Assembly: GCA_046160785.1 (NCBI GenBank)
Contig: JBJXHE010000014.1
Location: 21,695-85,694, forward strand
Length of the DNA: 64,000 nucleotides
Source of the DNA: Planctomycetota bacterium
GTDB taxonomy: Bacteria; Planctomycetota; UBA1135; JACQFD01
Direction of reading: 5' to 3'
The position numbers and the translations under genes are program-made. Shown piece after piece: positions 55,330 to 62,164 of this stretch. How positions within the stretch are numbered: position 1 is the first letter of the stretch; each line of letters begins with the position of its first letter. Under the pieces are notes generated by a model, which was not told where the DNA came from, made no database searches, and saw nothing but the letters and a program-made list of their open reading frames with translations.

Positions 55330-56988
55330 ATGGCCGAAAACATCGTTTGTACCGTTCGAGCGCTTCGCAAGTTTTATGATAGAACCGAAGTATTAAAAGG
55401 AATTACATTATCATTTCTTGCCGATGCTAAGATTGGCGTTATTGGCGGCAACGGCAGCGGAAAATCAACATTGCTGCGCATCCTCGCGGGCGCGGACAAA
55501 GATTATTTAGGAGAACTGTGGCGAAAGGAGGGAATGACGATTGGATATGTTCCACAGGAGCCGCATCTTAATCCTAACAAAACCGTATTGCAAAATTTGG
55601 ACGAGGCCGTGGCTCCGATTCGCGATTTGTTAAAAAAGTACGACGCGGTGAACGAAAAGTTAGGAACGGATCTTTCTGAAGAAGAAATGAATAAAGCGTT
55701 AGACTTACAATCCAGGCTTCACGAGGAAATAGAACAAAAAAACGCGTGGGAGGTCGACCGCACGCTCGAAGTCGCGATGGAAGCACTCGGGTGTCCTCCG
55801 GGCGATGCGGATGTTACAAAACTTTCGGGCGGCGAAAAGCGGCGTGTTGCGCTTTGCCAAACATTATTAGCACGTCCGCAAATGTTACTACTCGACGAAC
55901 CGACGAACCACCTCGACGCCGAAAGCATTTCGTGGCTCGAACATCACTTGGCTGAATATCACGGGCTCGTTATTGTAGTAACGCACGATCGTTACTTTTT
56001 GGATCACGTGGTCGGATGGATGCTTGAAGTGGAACGCGGCCGCGCGTTTCCATACGAAGGCAACTATTCGCAATACCTAGAAAAGAAAGCTGTATTGTTA
56101 CAAGTTGAAGAAAAGCACGACCAGTCGCGGCAGAAAGTTCTCGCGCGCGAGCTCGAATGGATTCGTACCAATCCCAAGGCGCGAAATGTTAAGAGCAAGG
56201 CGCGCATCGCACAGTACGAAACATTATTAGCACAAGACCGCGAAGTGCGCGAAGACGCGATCGATTTACAATTCCCGGCGCCTCCGCGGCTCGGCGACAA
56301 AGTTATTGTATTCAAGCAAGTAACAAAAGGTTTCAGCGGGCGGACTTTATTTGAAAATTTAACATTCAGCCTTCCGCCGGGCGCGGTTCTCGGAATCATC
56401 GGCCCCAACGGCGCGGGGAAAACTTCATTCTTAAAAATGCTCGTTGGCCAAGAAAAACCCGATGCAGGCACGATCGAAATCGGTTCGACGGTGCAGATGT
56501 GTTATGTGGATCAGATGCGCGACACGCTCGATCCTAACAATTCCGTATTTGTTGAAATAACAGAACGCCTTCCGGAGATCCCATTCGGAAAACGTTTTAT
56601 TAATCCGCGCGCGTACGTGGCTAAATTTAACTTTAAGGGTCCCGACCAGGAAGCGAAGGTGGGCGAAATTTCGGGCGGACAGCGCAATCGCGTACAATTA
56701 GCAAAAATGCTTCGGCGCGGCGGAAATGTATTATTACTGGACGAGCCGACGAACGACCTTGACTTGCAGACGTTGCGGGTTTTGGAAGAAGCGCTGAACG
56801 CGTTCGCGGGATGCGCAATTGTAGTAACGCATGATCGTTACTTTATTGATAGGGTTGCAACGCATATATTAGCGTTGCCGGGGGATGGGACGTGGAAGTT
56901 CTTCGAGGGCGATTTTACTGCTTATGTTGCGGCTCACGGAGATCATACGTATTCGGCGGCAAGTAAATATAAGAAACTGAGAGGTTAA
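55330..56988 (+). CDS. ettA: energy-dependent translational throttle protein EttA (ABC-F)
   Basis: Two ABC cassettes: GVIGGNGSGKST / LSGGEKRRVAL / LLLDEPTNHLD and GIIGPNGAGKTS / ISGGQRNRVQL / LLLDEPTNDLD. 552 aa from ATG 55330. The ORF-track extension to 55072 overlaps the divergent gene and is rejected. Confidence 0.92.
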   Translation: MAENIVCTVRALRKFYDRTEVLKGITLSFLADAKIGVIGGNGSGKSTLLRILAGADKDYLGELWRKEGMTIGYVPQEPHLNPNKTVLQNLDEAVAPIRDLLKKYDAVNEKLGTDLSEEEMNKALDLQSRLHEEIEQKNAWEVDRTLEVAMEALGCPPGDADVTKLSGGEKRRVALCQTLLARPQMLLLDEPTNHLDAESISWLEHHLAEYHGLVIVVTHDRYFLDHVVGWMLEVERGRAFPYEGNYSQYLEKKAVLLQVEEKHDQSRQKVLARELEWIRTNPKARNVKSKARIAQYETLLAQDREVREDAIDLQFPAPPRLGDKVIVFKQVTKGFSGRTLFENLTFSLPPGAVLGIIGPNGAGKTSFLKMLVGQEKPDAGTIEIGSTVQMCYVDQMRDTLDPNNSVFVEITERLPEIPFGKRFINPRAYVAKFNFKGPDQEAKVGEISGGQRNRVQLAKMLRRGGNVLLLDEPTNDLDLQTLRVLEEALNAFAGCAIVVTHDRYFIDRVATHILALPGDGTWKFFEGDFTAYVAAHGDHTYSAASKYKKLRG

Positions 56989-56999
56989 TTAAAGTAAAG

Positions 57000-57149
57000 A
57001 TCGGGTCGGGGTCACGCGCGCTTGCTCGCCTTTAACCAGGGCGCTGGAGTATTAGGCAATACAAACGCGCCCGGACCACTGCCGCCGAATTGTTACAAAC
57101 GCCTTCTTCCGCGCACTCCGGCGAGCCGCGCGCGCGACCCCGACGCGAT
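57000..57149. repeat. 150-nt element closed by a ~28-bp imperfect inverted repeat (MITE-like element, large terminator or structured RNA)
   Basis: ATCGGGTCGGGGTC-A-CGCGCGC-TT-GCTCGCC (57000-57030) pairs with GGCGAGC-C-GCGCGCG-C-GACCCCGACGCGAT (57120-57149). It starts 12 nt after the ettA stop. Confidence 0.5.
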
Positions 57150-57217
57150 TTACTGTATTTATTTGATTTGATGTCGTGGCAGTGAATTAGCCCACGAAGG
57201 CTATGGGGGGACCACGG

Positions 57218-57260
57218 CGCGAAGTTAATAAACTCGCGTTGCTCGTTTATTAACTTCGCG
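57218..57260. repeat. perfect 16-bp inverted repeat with 11-nt spacer
   Basis: CGCGAAGTTAATAAAC (57218-57233) / GTTTATTAACTTCGCG (57245-57260). No flanking T-run on either strand. Confidence 0.6.
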
Positions 57261-57267
57261 TCAGGAA

Positions 57268-57420
57268 CGGGGACTGTCCCCGCTTTGGTGATTACGGAAG
57301 AGGGTCTGTCCCCCTTTCGCCATAAGTAATTGTTTTTTGTTTAGCCAGCTCAGTTTTGGTCAAATTCGGTAACGGGGACTGTCCCCGTTCTTCTTGAATT
57401 GATAAGTGGGACAGTCCCCC
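57268..57420. promoter_or_regulatory. four copies of a 12-13-nt palindrome GGG(G)AC(A/T)GTCCCC upstream of the ECF sigma gene (candidate operator/UAS array)
   Basis: CGGGGACTGTCCCCG at 57268-57282 and 57373-57387 (identical 15-mers, 105 nt apart). AGGGTCTGTCCCCC at 57301-57314. GGGACAGTCCCCC at 57408-57420. Each pair is spaced 33-34 nt centre to centre. Confidence 0.4.
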
Positions 57421-57457
57421 TTCTTGATTTTCTTCTAAGACTTTTCGGACGCGCGAC

Positions 57458-58039
57458 GTGAAGGTTGCAATGATGCCCGAGAAATCACACGACGACTGGA
57501 TCTGTAGCGCGTTCGAGCGCTTTCACGGGCGTCTATATGAATATGTGCGCAGGATGGTGGGTGACGCGCACGGCGCGGCGGATGTGGTGCAGGAGACCTA
57601 CTTGCGATTGTGCCGCGAACCGAAAGGTAATATTGAGGGGCGGCTGCCGGAGTGGCTCTTTACAGTTTCGCGGAATTGCGCATTGGATATATTACGAAAA
57701 CGGAAAAGGCAGAATGAGACTTCGGTAAATTATGACGCGACGGAAATGTTGGAGTTTTCGGATGAAAGCGACGGCGGCGGATTATTAAAGATGCTTTCGA
57801 CGCTTCCGGCGAATCAACGCGAAGTGTTGTATTTAAAATTTCAGAATGATCTTTCCTATCATGAGATTAGTAAAATCACGGGACATTCGGAAACGTACAT
57901 CGGTTATTTGATTCATTCGGGAATGAAGAATCTGCGCGGGAATCTTGCGGTGAAGAATTCCAACCATTCCGGGGAGCGCAACGGCGCAGCCCCTCCGGAT
58001 ACTAAAAAAAAGAACAATAGACTTGCTTTCTTAAATTAA
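57458..58039 (+). CDS. ECF-type RNA polymerase sigma-70 family factor
   Basis: Region 2 DVVQETYLRLCRE..WLFTVSRNCALDILRKR. Region 4 LPANQREVLYLKFQNDLSYHEISKITGHSETYIGYLIHSGMKNLR. GTG 57458 or ATG 57470/57473. Confidence 0.85.
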   Translation: MKVAMMPEKSHDDWICSAFERFHGRLYEYVRRMVGDAHGAADVVQETYLRLCREPKGNIEGRLPEWLFTVSRNCALDILRKRKRQNETSVNYDATEMLEFSDESDGGGLLKMLSTLPANQREVLYLKFQNDLSYHEISKITGHSETYIGYLIHSGMKNLRGNLAVKNSNHSGERNGAAPPDTKKKNNRLAFLN

Positions 58040-58076
58040 ATTACTGCTGAAATTACTGTTTAAATTTGTTAACATC

Positions 58077-60503
58077 ATGGAAACCTACGACGAAACCATT
58101 CTGACTTCCTACGCGCTCGGCGAATTGCAAGAAACGGAGCGCGCGGCGGTTGAACAATATTTATTAACACATCCCGCGGCGGCGGCGTTCGTGGCGGAAA
58201 CGCGCGAATTCGCGGGCACGCTGAAAAGTGAATATCAAAATCGCGTTCCGGCGGCAATGGACGATGTAACAAAAGCGCGCGTAGAGGCGGCGATTCGATC
58301 GGAAGTATTACATAAATCCGGCGCGGGCTTGCGATGGATGCGCGCGATGAGTTTGATAGCTGCGGCGCTCGTCTTGTCAGCGTCGATATTTATTATATCT
58401 AATTCTATTCGACACGAATCCACGGCAAAACTCGTCTCGTCTACGGATTTGCCCCATCGGATCGCAAAGCCCGAAACTGCCTTCGGTGAAATCCAGAGTG
58501 TGCCGTCAGGCTACATTTCCGGATCTCCGCAAAAACAAGAAAATTCTGGAATTGTAGACAATTTTCAGACGGTCGCGATCGACCCGAATACGACGAACTT
58601 TGCTAATAATCTGGATTTGTTGGCTGGAAAAATTCAAACGCAAGACACGTTTACTACAATTTCTGGACAAAAAGTTCCGCTTACGAATCTCAATACAATA
58701 AAGCAAAATCCTAATCCTCCAGAGCCTGCGCCCGCGCCGTTCACCGTACAGTTTACTGATGGTAGAGCGGCGATTCATCCGAAGGCGGGCGACGTTATTA
58801 CTTATAACGGAAATAGTACGGCCACTGGAGTCTTTGATTCAATGGGCGTTGGCGGAGGCGCGGAGCGCGGACGCAAACAGAATAAAGTATTTTTTGGAAG
58901 AACGGATGGCAAGGAAACAAAGCTCCCTACAAATGCCGGAAATACACCGTCGACAGAAGCTTTTTTTGCATACGCAGACCACGACGAACTGGATTCTCTT
59001 CCGGCTGGGATTGTTACAAAAAACGAACGCTACGAATCCATCGTTGAAAATCCATTTAGACAAATCGCAGCGGACCCCCTTTCGACATTTTCGATCGACG
59101 TTGACACGGCGGCCTATGCTAATGTTCGGCGGTTCTTAACACAAAATACGATGCCGCCGAAGGACGCGGTTCGCATCGAGGAATTGATAAATTACTTTAC
59201 GTACAGCGATCCGGGGCCGCGCGACGGCCGGCCGTTTAACGTTCGATTGGAGGTGGCGAGTTGCCCGTGGAATGCTAACAATCGCATTGTTCGCGTCGGC
59301 GTGAAAGGTAAAGAAATCCTTAAGAATGAGCGCGCGGCTACGAATCTCGTATTCTTAGTGGACGTTTCGGGCTCGATGGCGGATGAAAATAAACTTGCGC
59401 TCGCGAAGGAAGGCCTCCAGTTGTTAATTCAACAATTGTCGGAGAACGACCGCGTGGCGATTGTGACCTATGCGGGCCAATCGGGCGTTGCGCTTCCGTC
59501 GACGAACGGCGCGAACAAGACTACGATTGCGAACGCGGTGAATCAGTTGCAATCGGGCGGTTCAACGAACGGCGCGTCGGGAATTCAACTTGCTTATGAT
59601 ATGGCCGTTTCGAATTTTATTAAGAACGGCGTGAACCGCGTTATCTTAATGACCGACGGCGATTTTAACGTTGGCATTACGGATCAATCGCAGCTTCAGA
59701 CTTTAATTACGCAGCGCGCGAAGTCGGGCGTTTTTCTTAGCGTTCTCGGCTACGGCATGGGCAATTTGAAGGACGCGACTATGGAAATGCTCGCCGACAA
59801 AGGCAATGGTAATTATGCGTATATTGATAATCTTCGCGAGTCGCGCAAAGTGCTCGTCGATGAAATGAATGCAACGCTCGTGACGATCGCGAAGGATGTT
59901 AAGATTCAGGTGGAATTCAATCCGGCGACGGTCGGTGCGGCGCGCCTCATTGGTTATGAAAACCGCGTATTGCAACATCAGGATTTTAATGATGATAAGA
60001 AAGACGCCGGCGAAATCGGCGCGGGCCACACGGTGACGGCGCTCTACGAAATCATGCCGGCCGGTGTTACAAATCCGGCGGTTCCGAATATCAATCCGCT
60101 CAAGTATCAAACTGTAAAAACTACCACTGTAAAATCTAACGAGGGGCCTGCTCAAACGTTAACAATGACCGATTCCAAGGAATTGCTCACCGTTAGCATT
60201 CGGTACAAAGAACCCGACGGCGAAAAAAGCCAATTGTTAGAATTCCCGCTCACGGATTCGGGCAAAACCTATTCGCAGTCGAGCGAAGACTTAAAATTCG
60301 CGGCGGCGGTTGCATCGTTTGGAATGTTACTGCGCGATTCGCAATATAAAGGATCCGCGAATTGGAATACTGTACTTGAACTTGCCGAAGAAGCGCTCGG
60401 CGCCGATCCGCACGGTTATCGCCGCGAGTTTATTGAACTTGCGCGAAAGGCGCGATCGTTAGCAATGCCGGGCGCGATTCATACAATTAAGGAATCAAGA
60501 TAG
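58077..60503 (+). CDS. anti-sigma factor N-terminal domain + TM helix + YfbK-like von Willebrand factor A domain protein
   Basis: N-terminal ILTSYALGELQETERAAVEQYL (anti-sigma-like). TM helix MSLIAAALVLSASIFII. NPFRQIAADPLSTFSIDVDTAAYANVRRFL. MIDAS VFLVDVSGSM..GGSTNG. C-terminal DUF3520-like region. Confidence 0.8.
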   Translation: METYDETILTSYALGELQETERAAVEQYLLTHPAAAAFVAETREFAGTLKSEYQNRVPAAMDDVTKARVEAAIRSEVLHKSGAGLRWMRAMSLIAAALVLSASIFIISNSIRHESTAKLVSSTDLPHRIAKPETAFGEIQSVPSGYISGSPQKQENSGIVDNFQTVAIDPNTTNFANNLDLLAGKIQTQDTFTTISGQKVPLTNLNTIKQNPNPPEPAPAPFTVQFTDGRAAIHPKAGDVITYNGNSTATGVFDSMGVGGGAERGRKQNKVFFGRTDGKETKLPTNAGNTPSTEAFFAYADHDELDSLPAGIVTKNERYESIVENPFRQIAADPLSTFSIDVDTAAYANVRRFLTQNTMPPKDAVRIEELINYFTYSDPGPRDGRPFNVRLEVASCPWNANNRIVRVGVKGKEILKNERAATNLVFLVDVSGSMADENKLALAKEGLQLLIQQLSENDRVAIVTYAGQSGVALPSTNGANKTTIANAVNQLQSGGSTNGASGIQLAYDMAVSNFIKNGVNRVILMTDGDFNVGITDQSQLQTLITQRAKSGVFLSVLGYGMGNLKDATMEMLADKGNGNYAYIDNLRESRKVLVDEMNATLVTIAKDVKIQVEFNPATVGAARLIGYENRVLQHQDFNDDKKDAGEIGAGHTVTALYEIMPAGVTNPAVPNINPLKYQTVKTTTVKSNEGPAQTLTMTDSKELLTVSIRYKEPDGEKSQLLEFPLTDSGKTYSQSSEDLKFAAAVASFGMLLRDSQYKGSANWNTVLELAEEALGADPHGYRREFIELARKARSLAMPGAIHTIKESR

Positions 60504-61409
60504 GCGGTTCGCGGCAATAGCCGCCTGTTTGAGTAAGATCGCGGAGGTAACGGGCCCGACACCTCCCGGCACGGGCGTCATCGCGCCGGCGATTTCTACA
60601 ATTCGCGGATCGCAGTCGCCGACGATCGCGGACCCCTTCTTATCAAATGCGGCGACGCGCGCGGGATCGTTAGCAAACCAGGTTTTAACTAAATGCGCGT
60701 CGGTGACGCGGTGAATGCCGACGTCCATAACGGTAGTATTCGGCCGAATCCAGTCGGGTACGACAAAAGCTACTTTTCCGATCGCGACGACGAGGATATC
60801 GGCTTCGCGAACTATCTTTTCAATATGGGTTGTCTTCGAATGCGCGATCGTAACTGTTGCATGGAGTGTTAGTAATCCGAACGCGGCCGGACGCCCGACG
60901 ACGGCGCTGCGCCCGAGCACGACGGCGCGCGCGCCCGAAATGTTAATATTGGATCTTTGTAATATTTCGAGAACGGCGGCTGCCGTCGCGGGAAAGTAAC
61001 CCTCCGCGCGTCCGAGCGCCGCAGCGCCCGCGCTCGAGATCGACGCGCCGTCGACGTCTTTTTCTATCGGTATCAAATCCGCGGCGGCGACGGCGTTCAC
61101 ATTCTTTGGAAGCGGCGTTTGCAACAAAACCGCGTCGACGGCCGGATTGTTTACAATCGCGCGGATTTGTTGCATCGCGTCCGCGTGCGAAATGTTGATA
61201 TCGAGCGGCGCGACCTCAACGTTGATATGACAAACTGCCGCGTCGCGCTTGATTTTCTCGGCGTAGATTTTCGCCGACTCATCCGCGGAAGCTACAACTG
61301 TTAGACACGGCGCGCGGCCGCGTTTTTTTATTAGTTCACCTGCAATCGCGGTTGTTTCCGCTTTGATGGCATTCGCGATCGCTTCTCCGCTGAGTATCCG
61401 CGCACTCAT
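60495..61409 (-). CDS. folD: bifunctional methylenetetrahydrofolate dehydrogenase / methenyl-THF cyclohydrolase
   Basis: From ATG 61409: MSARILSGEAIANAIKAE.., PCLTVV, VLGRSAVVGRPAAFGLL, TPVPGGVGPVT. The ORF-track extension to 61628 is Arg-rich and non-homologous. Confidence 0.92.
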   Translation of the reverse strand: MSARILSGEAIANAIKAETTAIAGELIKKRGRAPCLTVVASADESAKIYAEKIKRDAAVCHINVEVAPLDINISHADAMQQIRAIVNNPAVDAVLLQTPLPKNVNAVAAADLIPIEKDVDGASISSAGAAALGRAEGYFPATAAAVLEILQRSNINISGARAVVLGRSAVVGRPAAFGLLTLHATVTIAHSKTTHIEKIVREADILVVAIGKVAFVVPDWIRPNTTVMDVGIHRVTDAHLVKTWFANDPARVAAFDKKGSAIVGDCDPRIVEIAGAMTPVPGGVGPVTSAILLKQAAIAANRLS

Positions 61410-61444
61410 TTTTATAACAATTGCAATTTTACAAAAAGAGTCAT

Positions 61445-61978
61445 TTATTTCGACATGGGCTCCGCTGCGGCGGACGGGCGCCCCGCGAGGAATCGCAAAC
61501 GTTCGAGGATGAGTCTTTCTGTAGCATCCGGCGATTCGATCACGACATTTCGGCCGCGTTCGCCGATTCGGAAATCCAATTTTAGTGTTTCGCCGGGCGC
61601 GGAATTGCGAGTCTTGCGATCCGACCACGTGTACGGCTGCATCGCCAAGGCTTGTAATACGAAATTTTCATATTCTGCGATCTGTAGTCTTCGCGACCAC
61701 TGTTCGGTTCCCATTCCGCCGCGCGCGTTCGCCGCTTCAATCCACGCGTCGGTGCCGTCAAATTCCAAAATATAACGTTCCGGCGCGATCGCCCCGAGCC
61801 CGGTGCGAAGCTCCGCCCGCCAAAAGCCCGGAGTTTTCGCGGCGGCGTCGGGATTTCTTTCGGGATCAACTCCGTACGCGGCACGGCATCCGCCGGCGGC
61901 CGCGCCAAGAGCGAAAACGCAAGCGATTATTAGCATTGTGCGCACGGCCGCCACTTTCAAAAATGCATCATTATTCAT
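61445..61978 (-). CDS. hypothetical lipoprotein
   Basis: Signal plus lipobox (FALGAAAGGC). No recognisable domain. Confidence 0.5.
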   Translation of the reverse strand: MNNDAFLKVAAVRTMLIIACVFALGAAAGGCRAAYGVDPERNPDAAAKTPGFWRAELRTGLGAIAPERYILEFDGTDAWIEAANARGGMGTEQWSRRLQIAEYENFVLQALAMQPYTWSDRKTRNSAPGETLKLDFRIGERGRNVVIESPDATERLILERLRFLAGRPSAAAEPMSK

Positions 61979-62083
61979 TCGTGTTTCTTGGATGTAGAAA
62001 TGTCCGGGCTTATCATCTCACGCCGCGTTGATGAAACCAGCGATCAATCACGTCATGGAATTATTGCCAACGCAGATTTTTAC

Positions 62084-62114
62084 AATTCAGCATGGATGCT
62101 GAATTACCTTTTTT
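62084..62114 (+). terminator. intrinsic-terminator-like hairpin 1
   Basis: AATTCAGCA-TGGA-TGCTGAATT (9-bp stem), then ACC and TTTTTT (62109-62114). Confidence 0.5.
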
Positions 62115-62124
62115 ACCCTTAGTT

Positions 62125-62148
62125 GTTCGCGCGAGCGCGAACGTTTTT
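62125..62148 (+). terminator. intrinsic-terminator-like hairpin 2
   Basis: GTTCGCG-CGAG-CGCGAAC (7-bp GC-rich stem, tetraloop), then G and TTTTT. It ends 17 nt before ATG 62165. Confidence 0.6.
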
Positions 62149-62164
62149 GAATCGAAAGTAAGCA

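Noticed and set aside
61410-61628. N-terminal 73-codon extension of the folD ORF
   Set aside because: It overlaps the upstream lipoprotein gene and has no FolD similarity. MSARILSGEAIA.. at 61409 is the canonical FolD start.
62000-62122. 40-codon ORF (MSGLIISRRVDETSDQSRHGIIANADFYNSAWMLNYLFYP) in the leader upstream of the NYN gene, considered as a leader peptide
   Set aside because: Its codon usage is atypical for the window (AT-ending codons throughout). It runs through terminator hairpin 1 and has no regulatory codon run. It is more likely non-coding.
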